From Meyerozyma guilliermondii (lineage: Eukaryota), in the NCBI GenBank assembly GCA_051546255.1, contig CP128817.1, positions 186,001 through 250,000 on the forward strand: a DNA stretch of 64,000 bases, given 5' to 3'. A model generated the notes under the pieces. It had not been told where the DNA came from. It worked only from the letters and a program-made list of their open reading frames with translations, and ran no database searches. The position numbers and the translations under genes are program-made. This document shows, one piece after another, positions 49,352 to 60,072 of the stretch. The stretch's first letter is position 1. Every line of letters starts with the position of its first letter.

Positions 49352-49693
49352 TGTGGAACAATTGCAGACACAAATGGATTTAAAGCAAAATTTCGCTCCT
49401 GGATGTGCACCGATGTTCGGTGCATTGGTTGCCGTAACTCCGGCCCGCAATCTGCCGCACCGGTAGTATCGGTTGATAAGGCTTAACCGTTGCGGTAATA
49501 ATAGGTCCACGGAAAATGGTCCAGCCTCATATATACAGCGCGGATAGCTTGCCGCTGGCTTGTTAGCAAACAGGTCTCCACTTATTATGGAATATTATCC
49601 AGCGTGTTCATCATTGTGAAACGGGTTTAAATGTATCGGGTGAACGGAATCGTGTGCCATTAATTGCTTTGCCAGTAAGCGGGGTCAATTGGT

Positions 49694-50227
49694 TCAGATA
49701 AACCCAGTGACTCTATCTTCGTCCCATCGGTTCAATTTCTCTCGGCGTAAATGATATTTTTTTCGCAGAGCTCGAAATTGCTCGAGTGTCGTTTCGAGAT
49801 CATTATGGTCTTTTCCCACATTCTGAACTATTTTGTAGCCCTCCTGGTCCAGGCTCTCTACAAGTTTCTTGAACTTGGTTTTCAAAAAAGTTTGATTGAA
49901 ATTTGCAGCTAAGAGCTGGTAATGGTATGTCTCCAAGTTGATAAATTCTTGATGTAGCTCCTTGATTTTGGCCAATTGCTCCTCTATAGTCTTAGCTGTA
50001 TCCTCGTACTCGTTGATCATGGTAGTGATCTCATTCAATTGCTCAATCAGTTTATTGACCACGTCTCTTAGCTGTGCTTGGTGCTGCTTATAGCCATCAA
50101 GAGTCTTGATATACCCACTAACTAGTTCATGCAGCTGTAGAAATTGCGTTTTTATGGTATAAGGAAGAATTTCAAGCTGGTGGGGGACTTTTAAAGGCGT
50201 CAAGTCGGCCAAGGAAAGTGGTTTCAT
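49694..50227 (-). CDS. SRN2: ESCRT-I subunit Vps37/Srn2-like (Mod(r) domain)
   Basis: Coiled coil ending F...RKKYHLRREKL.RW. Confidence 0.75.
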   Translation of the reverse strand: MKPLSLADLTPLKVPHQLEILPYTIKTQFLQLHELVSGYIKTLDGYKQHQAQLRDVVNKLIEQLNEITTMINEYEDTAKTIEEQLAKIKELHQEFINLETYHYQLLAANFNQTFLKTKFKKLVESLDQEGYKIVQNVGKDHNDLETTLEQFRALRKKYHLRREKLNRWDEDRVTGFI

Positions 50228-50346
50228 AAATATCTAATGATTTTGCGAACAGTGAATAGTTAACCCCACGCTTACGTCAGATGGCTGCAATATTACGGTG
50301 ATTAGAAGTTTCATCAATTAAGGTATCGTAACTCATGTCTAGGTGT

Positions 50347-52176
50347 CTATTGTTGTTTGAGTTTCCTCTTTAAGCGCTGCAAGTTTTTTTGGTCTCGTTT
50401 GGCTTGACTTTGCTCCATTCTCTGATTGGCCCAAAGTCGCACTCTTTCGCCATAGATGTAGCAGAAGATTGGAAATGGGACTCCAAGCACCAAGCCAATA
50501 AATGCACACATCGTGTTACCCCACCCGTAGTTGAGTCTAGCGTACATCTTTGATGCGAAAAGTGGGAACGCAAACCCAAAGAGTGACCGAAATAATGCTG
50601 CTGCCGCAACAGATGAGGCTGCGAATCGGGGATTCATGTCTATCAAGTAACCTTGAAGCGACTGAAATACACCAACAAGACCAAAAGCAAAAATCGCAGA
50701 TCCAATTCCGGGCATTATCCAGTGCAATTTGTACTGGGCCGACCATCCGTACCAAACCAATCCAATGGGGATAATGATGGAAGTTGCAAACAAACATGGA
50801 AGTCTGTATTCGGGTTTTTGCTCTCCTCCATTCTTTTCACACAATCTAGTGTAAGTCTTGTTGATAAGAAGAGTCCACACAACGACACCGAGCATGAACC
50901 CTACGCCCATTGGGATGTACATGAGGCCAGTAATGCTCAGAGAAAACCCGTATTTGACCTTGAATATTTCGGGAAATGTAACAATCATCAAGTACATGAA
51001 CCCATAGGTAAATGCCATGAACGATCCAAGCCCTATAATCATGGGGTGTGTGAACAACAACATGACTGGACGAGTCATCGTGAGCATGACTTTGCTAAGA
51101 AAGGTCTCTCCATCAGCGATTTCATATATCGTGTGTAGGTTTTTGTTTCCTGTTTCCTTTCTTAACCTGCGAGCTTTTTGTTTGAGTAAGGTCGGTGAGT
51201 AAGTCTCGCGATAGAAAATGGTTCCAACAATGGCCACAGCACCGTTGAAAATGCACAAAATGTAGAACACCCATCTCCAGTCTTTATGGTCCACAATAAA
51301 CCCAGCAATAACTGGTGCTATAACAGGTCCCAATAGCGGTGCAAGGGAGAACCCTGCTAAGGCTGTGGTTCTCTGTTTGGCTTCAAAGAGATCAGAAATC
51401 ACTCCAGCACCAACATTGATAGGACTAGAACCGAAGAGACCGCCAACAAACCTGAATACCATCATCTGAGCAGTGTTCTGAGAGAAAGCACAGCCAATGT
51501 TGAAGAATAATGACATCCAAATCGAAACATCGAGAACCACTTTTCTTCCGAATAAATCATTTTCACTAAGTGGGGCAATAATTAAAGGACCCATTGCCCA
51601 TGCAAGAATTTGTATAGATATCATCATAGCCTGAACAACGTTTGAGGTGATACCAAAGTCTTTGGATATGTGTTCCACTGCGGGAGAAGGCATTGACGAT
51701 GACATTGGCGATACAACGGTGTAGAGAGACACAAATGCTATGAGGTACAGTTTAGTTGCAATTGACCAGTTTCTAGGATCTTCAGGGTCGTCATACCCGT
51801 CCCAAGTCACAAGCTCGGGATCTATATCGGCAAACTCTTCGCCGGCATTGTCTACAGGGACTGCTGATTCTGGTAAGTTTGGGAAATCAAATGCTTCATT
51901 TTGTGCTTTTTGTTCGAGTTCAGAAAGAATAGTTTTTCTTGTCAATTCTCTCTGGATCCTTATTTCTTCAGAATCCAAGTCACAATAAATATCTTTCTCG
52001 GAATACCCTAAGGATCTCGTACTTTCATACGATTTTCTAGAAGCAGTAGATCCTCGACGAAAACCATCTTTTTGTGGTTGACCAGTAAATGCCATCGGTT
52101 GCACCGTCTCATTCGAAGACGAAGCTGATAACTCATGAGATGAGTTTAAGGTTTCACTCTTCACACTCGTGGACAT
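50347..52176 (-). CDS. MFS drug:H+ antiporter, DHA1 family
   Basis: WDG.DDPEDPRNWS, GPLIIAPLSE..FGRK, WRWVF, ETY.P.LL and PEYRL. About 12 TM segments. Confidence 0.93.
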   Translation of the reverse strand: MSTSVKSETLNSSHELSASSSNETVQPMAFTGQPQKDGFRRGSTASRKSYESTRSLGYSEKDIYCDLDSEEIRIQRELTRKTILSELEQKAQNEAFDFPNLPESAVPVDNAGEEFADIDPELVTWDGYDDPEDPRNWSIATKLYLIAFVSLYTVVSPMSSSMPSPAVEHISKDFGITSNVVQAMMISIQILAWAMGPLIIAPLSENDLFGRKVVLDVSIWMSLFFNIGCAFSQNTAQMMVFRFVGGLFGSSPINVGAGVISDLFEAKQRTTALAGFSLAPLLGPVIAPVIAGFIVDHKDWRWVFYILCIFNGAVAIVGTIFYRETYSPTLLKQKARRLRKETGNKNLHTIYEIADGETFLSKVMLTMTRPVMLLFTHPMIIGLGSFMAFTYGFMYLMIVTFPEIFKVKYGFSLSITGLMYIPMGVGFMLGVVVWTLLINKTYTRLCEKNGGEQKPEYRLPCLFATSIIIPIGLVWYGWSAQYKLHWIMPGIGSAIFAFGLVGVFQSLQGYLIDMNPRFAASSVAAAALFRSLFGFAFPLFASKMYARLNYGWGNTMCAFIGLVLGVPFPIFCYIYGERVRLWANQRMEQSQAKRDQKNLQRLKRKLKQQ

Positions 52177-52358
52177 TTGGGATCTACAAAAAACAAATTA
52201 GTTTGGCCTTTATATATATGGCTGCAGTTGCAGCCCGGCCAGGCGCGGTTACCTGTTCCGGATCAAAAGTTTTTTCGCAGCTAAAACTTAACGTGCGCTG
52301 AGCCGCTCGGTTATTGACGGAGTCCATCGTGACACACCCGTTACACCACTTGGGTGCA

Positions 52359-52386
52359 AATCGGTTCCAATCGGTTCCAATCGGTT
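52359..52386. repeat. Tandem 10-bp repeat AATCGGTTCC x2.8
   Basis: Seen directly. It abuts the stop codon of the beta-mannosyltransferase and lies upstream of the DHA1 transporter. Confidence 0.85.
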
Positions 52387-54358
52387 AGTCCTTCTTTTTG
52401 TATTCTGTAACCCCTCCGTGAGCCTCAGCAAATCGCACACAATATTCTTGACTTGCTTTTGCCGCACAAATATTGTTGTAGTCAAAGCCGCGTTGCTGGA
52501 ACTTATCGTCTGAAGTGATGACAGTGGCTTCGTCAAATAATGAAGGAATATTGAGAATATAGTCGAGCAATCCCCTCACATGGACAATGCTGACATCAAT
52601 GTCACCACCAGAGAGGGTGATGCCCATGTAGTCTTCGAATTCAACGGGGATAGCTTCTCTTTTGTATTCTTGCTTCATTACCTTGCCAGCAGTTTTGTCT
52701 GCAATCTCTTCGTCGGTAGGAATTACAGAGTAGAATTGGCGACGATACAGAACATTGTTCTTGAGGATCGCACTAATTCCCCAGTAAGCAATGGAATTGG
52801 GGATGAGAACACTTCTGCCCACACATTGCTTTGGTTCGGGTTCAATTAATGTACCATCGGACAGTATTTTAGGCATGTACCATTCTGGCGCCGTAATGTC
52901 AAAGTCAAAGTATTCTGAAACGTCCGCTACTTTGTAGTAATACTTCTTTGTCTCTGGGTTGTAGTCTTCGATGAACACAATGAGGTTGGGTCTGTACATC
53001 GATTCTCCGCATCCACATTCCTTAAGATGTGTCCGTGCCCACCCGACAAATACCTTTCTGTTCTCAGGAAATTGATATAAATTCCGGACGTGCTCAGGAA
53101 CTTGGTCGTCTATAGGAAGCTCCATGAGCTGGGTACCCCCACGCAAGGGACCTGGTACCTTGGTATTCTCGTACAATGGGTCACACAAGCCGTCTTCAAG
53201 CGAGCAAGTCATCACTTCAAGTGGGTCCATACTTGAAACAAAATTGATCTTTTCTTCATTTTGACATTGTCTTCCAAAAAATGGTGTCCAGTTTTTCTCG
53301 ATGTATCCAAATTTTCCTGATCTTCTCTTTAAGATCTGAAGGTCGTCGGAAAATGGCTTGTACGAGTGCATCACTCTCTTCACTAACTTGTGATTTTTCA
53401 TATTGAACACAATGATGGGCTCGACCTCTCCTTGGCTGTTCGTACGTCCAATGATCCGAGGATCTTCAGGTCCCCAGTAGTATTTGCCATTATCAACGTG
53501 CATGTGGTAGTCAAAGGAAATGGGTAAGAAGGAGGGAAACTTGATGTTTCTGGTTGATTGCTTCGTGTCCAACGTCAACTCAGATTTGGTTCCATCAGCA
53601 TTGATGACTGATTTCGTGACTATCTCTTCGTAAGGAACTTTGAGATGAGTCTCGGGTACCTCTTCCCAATTTTTATCAAAGAGTTGCACGTATAAGAAAC
53701 TCGCAAATGCCTTATTGGGGATCCCTGAAGGTGACCACATCACTCGACTCACCATAAAGTGCAAGCCATATTGAGGGAGCCACACTGATGAGCCCGCAAA
53801 TCGATGCCACTGTTTTTCTGCAGGTATCGACGGTTTGAATTTCTTGTTGGCCTCCGCCAAAAGCTGTGAATAATTCTCATTGCTCGCCAATGCTGCTTGC
53901 AAAGTTTCGTAATCAGCATTGAGGAATTTTTGTTGTGTGTACATCAACGATCTTTCGTATTGAAGACTCTTACACATCGATTCCTCGCTAAATGTGTAGT
54001 CTGCTGACTTTCCAACGATCAACGTATGAGGATCAGTGAAAGTTTTCAATGGATTGGCACTGAAAACTCCGTTACTGCGATATTCCTTGCTCAAAGGAAA
54101 GCCCTCGTCCCCTGTATCCACCGGTCCCGGTGTTATAGAGTCAATGTCGGTGGTTACCTCTTCGGAAACCGTTTGTTTCACTCTCGTAGAGCCATCTTTT
54201 TCGCCTTTTTTCGGAGCAAAGAGATTACTTACGGTCAAAGATTCCCGTGACGGAGCCCACGATTTGACCAGCGCTTCGGAAGACGTGGCTATAAGAACCA
54301 CTATGACCATGGCAGCGGCCATAGCCAATAGGATCCTGAAATATCGTCTCCCAACCAT
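52385..54358 (-). CDS. Beta-1,2-mannosyltransferase (BMT / GT91 family)
   Basis: Type II TM anchor. Motifs GSSVWL, GPEDPR, EKNWTPF, LRGGT and ARTHL..CGCG..MYRPNL. Confidence 0.9.
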   Translation of the reverse strand: MVGRRYFRILLAMAAAMVIVVLIATSSEALVKSWAPSRESLTVSNLFAPKKGEKDGSTRVKQTVSEEVTTDIDSITPGPVDTGDEGFPLSKEYRSNGVFSANPLKTFTDPHTLIVGKSADYTFSEESMCKSLQYERSLMYTQQKFLNADYETLQAALASNENYSQLLAEANKKFKPSIPAEKQWHRFAGSSVWLPQYGLHFMVSRVMWSPSGIPNKAFASFLYVQLFDKNWEEVPETHLKVPYEEIVTKSVINADGTKSELTLDTKQSTRNIKFPSFLPISFDYHMHVDNGKYYWGPEDPRIIGRTNSQGEVEPIIVFNMKNHKLVKRVMHSYKPFSDDLQILKRRSGKFGYIEKNWTPFFGRQCQNEEKINFVSSMDPLEVMTCSLEDGLCDPLYENTKVPGPLRGGTQLMELPIDDQVPEHVRNLYQFPENRKVFVGWARTHLKECGCGESMYRPNLIVFIEDYNPETKKYYYKVADVSEYFDFDITAPEWYMPKILSDGTLIEPEPKQCVGRSVLIPNSIAYWGISAILKNNVLYRRQFYSVIPTDEEIADKTAGKVMKQEYKREAIPVEFEDYMGITLSGGDIDVSIVHVRGLLDYILNIPSLFDEATVITSDDKFQQRGFDYNNICAAKASQEYCVRFAEAHGGVTEYKKKD

Positions 54359-54701
54359 CGTTGTTGGTGGACTGAAACAGGAGAAACGGAAGTAGATTCA
54401 AGTGTCGCGCGCGAAAAATAAGGTGGATCTGTGACTGCACACAAGCGAACGGCTGCAAGAGGAGATATTAATAGTACTACCTAAGAGAAGCGCCATTGCC
54501 TTGTTTGGGTTAGTGTAGAAGCTTTCAGTCTCTACTAGAATACTTTGTAATTGATCTAGAACCCTCAAGGAGCCCAATTTTTACAATCTGTGACGCGGCT
54601 AAATTGTCGTACCTGCAGCAGGTCGATGCGGCTACAGGTGTCAAGAGTCCCACGAATTATATATTATGTTCGTCCGATTATAATACAATATTAATACAAC
54701 G

Positions 54702-57146
54702 TCAGCTATTCGGTTTGGAAAGCGACAGCTCAATGAGGTCGATGGAGGATTCCACCTCCTTCATACTCATGCCACAACAAAGCGAGATGAGTTTGCAATA
54801 CTTGTAGAGTTTGTCTTCTTGAGGAAATGTGGAAATTATTCCTTCATCATCACCGTTTGTGTTGGTTTGGTCCATGTTTTCCTTTACGTCATCCATGCTG
54901 ATTGTCATTGGCACCGCACGTCTTTCCTCGTACAACTTGTCGAGCAACTGTTGTCTCTTTTGTATGAGTTTTTGCAATTGGATTGCCTGTTGGATAGGTG
55001 TGGTATTGCGTGCAACAACTTTTCCTTCTTCTTCTATCTCCTTTGACCTTTCTTCAATCCGCTTATTCTGCACCAAGTGTTCCAACTTTTTGAGTTTCAG
55101 AAAGCCTGTTTCTAGTTCATTTTTCTGCTGTAAAACTTGAAAGCAGAGATCATTGTGCAATCTATGAATCTCATCTTGTATAAGCTCGTCTCGTGTAGGA
55201 TTAGGGTTTGCTTCGTTCTCGTCCACAAGGTACTCGAGTTTGAAATACTGCAAGATCTCTCTCTGAGATTCCACCCTTCGTTTACCGCTGTGACCCACGG
55301 CCAGAAAATAGGATCTGAGTTGAGCATCTTGATCAATTAGTTCTTTCTCCATTGAGTAAGATAGTTGGCTGAGGCGTTCAGCGATCAAATTCGAGGCATT
55401 ATTCTGTGCTTTAATTGCCATCTTGGTCATGTGGCTCTGGGTATCAAAACTCATGGTGCTGCCTGCAAATGCTATGTCATGTACTCCTAAACCATCCACG
55501 CCAATTTTTTTTGAATCTGAGTCTAATCTCAAGACATAATTGAAAGTTGCGAGATAATCTTCCACGCTATAAGATACCAAGTTTTTCAAAGAAAAGTCGA
55601 TATAGCTGTGATATGCAATTAGTACCTTGATTAGCTTTTTCCGTAAATGATAGGCTGCAATGTGAAATGCTGTGTTCCCGTTGACATCTTGATGGTTAAT
55701 GAATTTGTATATCACAGCCCTTCGATTACTGTTTAATGAAGTAGTTTTGGATTTACTCTTGTGTTCTGGTGGCAGTCCCTCTTTCTCATACTGAATGAGG
55801 CGCTCAATCAAAGATTCAAGATAGTATTTAGCAAATCTTTCTTTCTTTCCATCGTCATTTGTTTCAAGAGATGCCTTGACAATATGATGGAGGACAGTCA
55901 TGCCCGAGCTATCGACCAGAAGAATTGAGTCAAATAAAATCTCTAGCAATGCCGGGAAATTTTTCCACTGGTAAGCATTGCTGAACTTTACTGCAAACAT
56001 GAGTGGAGTTTCGCCATGAGAATTTTTCACGTTGGCTGTGAGGTAGGAACTGAATGTGGAAAGAAGGAAGTGGATGGCAGTGGTGTTGGCCATCGAGCAA
56101 GCCCAATGGAAGATGGTGTTGCCGTCATTATCGATTCCTCGAGTGATATTAATGCTAGACAAAGGTTGGGGTGGGGATGATAGTTTTGGAGGAATTTGTT
56201 CGGATCTCACCTTGTCTTCCAAAAAGTAATTGAGGAGGCTGTTGAAATATTCATCGTGAACCAGGTCGTTTCTGGAAGCCAGAGTAGCCATATGATGGTA
56301 TTGCAGAAGACTGTATGGGTCGCTGTTGGTACTGTTCATGCTAGCCATGCCATTGAACGATCTTTGGGGCCGGTCATAATGCCTATCAAAGGAAGCCCTT
56401 GGAGTAGCAAACCCTAAATCTCGTCCACTCATCAATGCATCTTCTTCTTGGTCGATATCCTCGTTGTCTCCTTCATTGTTGTCTTCGTCGCTGTCATCGG
56501 TGCTTTCCACCTCGAGGTCTTCCTCTTTAACATTCAAGCCACCGCTCATGGCTTGGATCTCGTCCTGTTCTGTGTCTTGTCGAGACACGGGTGCTATTGG
56601 TTCCGACCTTCTAGAAGTTCGTTTCAACAGAGGATGCTGTCTGGGGTATAAGTCGACTTCCGGGGCCAGTCGTTTTGGGCGGCCTCGTCTTTTGGGTTCG
56701 GTACTGGCGGTTTTAGTTGCTTTGGCAGCAGGTACCAGTCCAGTACTCAACTGTCGTCTTGCCACATTAGATGCCGAAGCATGGCTATGTTTGGGTGCCG
56801 GTGGTGGTGTGTCGGACTTGCCTTCTACGTACTCAAATTCAAAGATAGGCTTGAGCACATCGTATACGCCGAAAGACTGGGCAATTTCGGCGCCGAGATT
56901 CAAAGGTACATAGGTTCCTTGATATTTTCCATATCCACCCTGAACCTTCTCGTGTATCCCCGTTTGGACGTCTTTTTCTAGTATTCTTGTTCGTTTGGCT
57001 TTCGGAAACCGAGCGATTTTCAATATATGGGTAGCATTAATCCACGAATCCAGCTTTCGTCTCATTATAGGGCCCTCTGATGTGACGAACTCAAACACAG
57101 GGACGTTGGAGTACGTTGCCGAGTAGATTTGGGTGTCCATGGCCAT
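54702..57146 (-). CDS. MBP1: MBF transcription factor (APSES/KilA-N plus ankyrin repeats)
   Basis: IYSATYSNV, WINATHILK, HEKVQGGYGKYQGT. Ankyrin motifs GNTIFHWAC, GETPLM and GNTAFHIAA. Confidence 0.9.
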   Translation of the reverse strand: MAMDTQIYSATYSNVPVFEFVTSEGPIMRRKLDSWINATHILKIARFPKAKRTRILEKDVQTGIHEKVQGGYGKYQGTYVPLNLGAEIAQSFGVYDVLKPIFEFEYVEGKSDTPPPAPKHSHASASNVARRQLSTGLVPAAKATKTASTEPKRRGRPKRLAPEVDLYPRQHPLLKRTSRRSEPIAPVSRQDTEQDEIQAMSGGLNVKEEDLEVESTDDSDEDNNEGDNEDIDQEEDALMSGRDLGFATPRASFDRHYDRPQRSFNGMASMNSTNSDPYSLLQYHHMATLASRNDLVHDEYFNSLLNYFLEDKVRSEQIPPKLSSPPQPLSSINITRGIDNDGNTIFHWACSMANTTAIHFLLSTFSSYLTANVKNSHGETPLMFAVKFSNAYQWKNFPALLEILFDSILLVDSSGMTVLHHIVKASLETNDDGKKERFAKYYLESLIERLIQYEKEGLPPEHKSKSKTTSLNSNRRAVIYKFINHQDVNGNTAFHIAAYHLRKKLIKVLIAYHSYIDFSLKNLVSYSVEDYLATFNYVLRLDSDSKKIGVDGLGVHDIAFAGSTMSFDTQSHMTKMAIKAQNNASNLIAERLSQLSYSMEKELIDQDAQLRSYFLAVGHSGKRRVESQREILQYFKLEYLVDENEANPNPTRDELIQDEIHRLHNDLCFQVLQQKNELETGFLKLKKLEHLVQNKRIEERSKEIEEEGKVVARNTTPIQQAIQLQKLIQKRQQLLDKLYEERRAVPMTISMDDVKENMDQTNTNGDDEGIISTFPQEDKLYKYCKLISLCCGMSMKEVESSIDLIELSLSKPNS

Positions 57147-57645
57147 GATATTAGCTGAAGTTTATGGTTGTTTTTAGTAAGGCGTTGATGAATAATGAAC
57201 GTTAACGAATAATGTGACAAATTTTTTTCACCACTGGGTGGTCACTTGGAATGATCAAAGCAACTTCTACGTTTCTAGCCACCCCCGTTCAATTGATCTC
57301 AACCAAATGAACCAAAAGGTATATGACCCGAGCAGTTTTGTGTAAGGAACGAAGGGGTTGTGATTAAAGTACTGCATTTCGATGAAGAGGTGTGCATACA
57401 GGAGAGAAGAGGATGGACAGTAATGTAAGTTCATTATTTTAATTTAGGTTGTATTTGTCACTTGTCGGTTATTATTGATTTTTTTTGGTTATTGTTGGTG
57501 ATTTGCTTGGTTCATTGATCCTTTATTTCTTGTTTGTTGTAATTTTCGTTTTTCTCACCTATATACCTAATTGCAAATTCTTCAAATTATCCAATTTGTA
57601 TATCTGTTAATTTTATTGTCTCTTATATAGTTACAACGTATCTCC

Positions 57646-58620
57646 TCACCACCCGGAAACCAAACGAACAAGTCGATGGACCATCAATGACACCAATAGA
57701 AATAGTACAAAGAATCCCCACAACATGTATCGTGACATGGACTTGATGCTTAAGGCGGAGAACTGGCTTTCAGAAAGAGGAATGCTCACCACATGCTCGG
57801 CCGCTTGGAAGCAGATGTTTCGTCTGCGGACAATCTGGCAATCTTGAGGATCTACATCTCGTTTGAGAATGGCTTTCCCCAATAGAATACTAGTGTATTG
57901 CTGCAATGAAGGGTCGAACGTACGGAAAAGTGTCCTTAAGATGGTAGACTCTCGTTCGATGCCAGCGGTGATTTTTTCAATTTTTCTCAATTGTTTTGAC
58001 ACAGAAGAATTGATTTGGTCCGAGCCACATATCGACTCGACATCATCAGTTATGGTGGTTAACTTGAACAAGTACAACGACTTGGCAAGCAGATGCTGAA
58101 GTGACTTTGTATGGCTGGCAAGAAACGGAATAAGGAGTTTCTTGAGATTATCAAAGTCACTGAAAAAGATATCGATGCAATTGAGCGTCTTGGTGGTGGC
58201 ATCGAACACCTCGATGGCAGATTCCACGGAAAGCATGCACATTTTTTTCACATAGCCCTCGTACAAGCGGTTTTCCCATAGTCCTCGATTCTGGACTTGA
58301 AACTCATCCTTCATTTCTCTGGACTCCGGACCTAAAAGGGCATTGAAGTCCTGCTCTAGCATTAAGAGGTGGTGTTTTGTTCGGTTCGTCATACTGGTGA
58401 TGTCGTCGTAGTAGGGGATCTTCCGGAGAAGCGTGCTGTAGATAATGGCTATGTCACAGTAAAGATGAATGATGCGTTTGAGCCTAATAAGGTAATTGAA
58501 ACTGGCTTCGTTTAAACAAAAACGCAATAGTCGAGGGTGGGCGGAGAGTATTTGGAAATCAGCACCATCCCTGCTCTCGGCCTCGAGCTTGATAATATGA
58601 CCGCCAACTTTGTATGGCAT
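57646..58620 (-). CDS. Hypothetical helical protein with a single C-terminal TM segment
   Basis: More than 320 open codons in a gene-sized gap. Ends MLWGFFVLFLLVSLMVHRLVRLVSGW. Start uncertain (ATG 58620 or 58686). Confidence 0.65.
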   Translation of the reverse strand: MPYKVGGHIIKLEAESRDGADFQILSAHPRLLRFCLNEASFNYLIRLKRIIHLYCDIAIIYSTLLRKIPYYDDITSMTNRTKHHLLMLEQDFNALLGPESREMKDEFQVQNRGLWENRLYEGYVKKMCMLSVESAIEVFDATTKTLNCIDIFFSDFDNLKKLLIPFLASHTKSLQHLLAKSLYLFKLTTITDDVESICGSDQINSSVSKQLRKIEKITAGIERESTILRTLFRTFDPSLQQYTSILLGKAILKRDVDPQDCQIVRRRNICFQAAEHVVSIPLSESQFSALSIKSMSRYMLWGFFVLFLLVSLMVHRLVRLVSGW

Positions 58621-58959
58621 CGCAATCAACAGCGATAGGGGTATTTGTGGCAGAACTCTTAAACTATCGCAGCACCTGAATCTCATCTCGAGCAAGTCGC
58701 CGTCCTGCAGACAGCCCGAGACGGCATGACAAGAGGATACGAGAAACAACTATTCTGAAAACCGAAAGCGACGATTGTATGAGTAGAAAAGCTGAGTTGA
58801 GTATTGGCTCAGCCACTGAATCATATAATATGCACGATTCCGCCCCTTGGCACTTTTTTCCTTATATCTGGAGAACCTTCCCCACACGACTTATCTGCAG
58901 TACGTTCGATTTTGTCACCGAATTCAGTGTGAGTGAGATGGCGTACGAGTGAGTTGCTA

Positions 58960-60072
58960 ATGGGAGTTTTTGACCTTTTCCGGTCAAAGGGCTTTGACCC
59001 AGACACTTATGAGCGCGAACTCACCGCATTGAACAAGGAAATCAACTCGATTCTGATCCAGAAACGTCGCATCGACCAGCAACGAAAACTGGTGGTTTTC
59101 AAAGTCAGATTTATGGCCTCAGTTCTGTATTTATTGATCATGTATTACAATTATTTCATGGCACCACCTACTATGGGCAAGAACTTCATCCAGCGGTTTG
59201 TGAGGAGTCAAACGAAATACCAATTGCTATTTTATATAGTGTATCCAGTGGTTGGATATGCTGTAATTCGAGCTTTGATTTTCTTCTACACTTATTTATA
59301 CAAAAAGAAGGAAAAGCAACTTGATACGTTGCGGAAAAAGCTCAAGAAGAAGATTGACGACTTGAAAAAAATCACCAATTTCGAAACAACCAATAATCTC
59401 TTGACCAAATTTGGCACAGTAGTAGGTGATGGAACCACTTCTGGTGCTAATCTGGTATCCACACAAGCCAAAAACCGTAAGCAAGGAACAAAGGCAGCTC
59501 CAATGAATGCCCCTGTCACAAATAAGGGTCCATTGAATGCCGTAAATGACCCCAAAAATACCCTCGGAAAAGGACCCGGAAATGGCCTCGGAAACCGTCT
59601 CGGAGACGGCCCCATCCTTCCTCCCACTTCTCCTTTGGGATCACTGTCAGGTAAACTGTCAGCACGACCGGTTTCGGATCGATTGCTAGATCTACTTATT
59701 GGATCTGATAACAATGAGTCTGTGGAGGACCGATATGCCTTGATATGTCGCAATTGCTTCTCCCACAATGGCCTCGCACCTCCAGGAAGCAAGGATCCAT
59801 TCAGCGTGGTTTATTTGTGCCCAAAGTGTGGGTTTATCAATGGTGATGAAAAGAAAGTGAATCACCTCAAGGGCATGGAGAAAGACGACAAAGAAATGGA
59901 ACAAGAAAAGGTTTCTTTGGAAGAAAAGGTTGAAGAAAAAGGTGTTCTGGAAGAAAAAGCTGATCAGCAGGACGAAGCTAGCTCTAAAATTGAATCTAGC
60001 ATGTCTTTCCCAGAAGAAGTCAGCAAGCACCTGGAAAAGGCAGCATCCACTGCATCAGAGAAACTCTCATGA
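58960..60072 (+). CDS. LNP1: Lunapark, ER junction protein
   Basis: Met-Gly start, two TM segments, DRLLDLLIG and zinc finger RYALIC..C.SHNGLAPP...Y.CP.CG..N. Confidence 0.92.
   Translation: MGVFDLFRSKGFDPDTYERELTALNKEINSILIQKRRIDQQRKLVVFKVRFMASVLYLLIMYYNYFMAPPTMGKNFIQRFVRSQTKYQLLFYIVYPVVGYAVIRALIFFYTYLYKKKEKQLDTLRKKLKKKIDDLKKITNFETTNNLLTKFGTVVGDGTTSGANLVSTQAKNRKQGTKAAPMNAPVTNKGPLNAVNDPKNTLGKGPGNGLGNRLGDGPILPPTSPLGSLSGKLSARPVSDRLLDLLIGSDNNESVEDRYALICRNCFSHNGLAPPGSKDPFSVVYLCPKCGFINGDEKKVNHLKGMEKDDKEMEQEKVSLEEKVEEKGVLEEKADQQDEASSKIESSMSFPEEVSKHLEKAASTASEKLS

Noticed and set aside
52184..52252. Possible 5'UTR intron of the DHA1 gene (GTAACC...AACTAAT...TAG, minus strand)
   Set aside because: Weak donor and branch point, and the interval contains the likely TATA box.
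57150..57640. T-rich 500-bp intergenic region upstream of MBP1 as an origin or ncRNA
   Set aside because: Only compositional bias is visible. No structure or consensus I can support.
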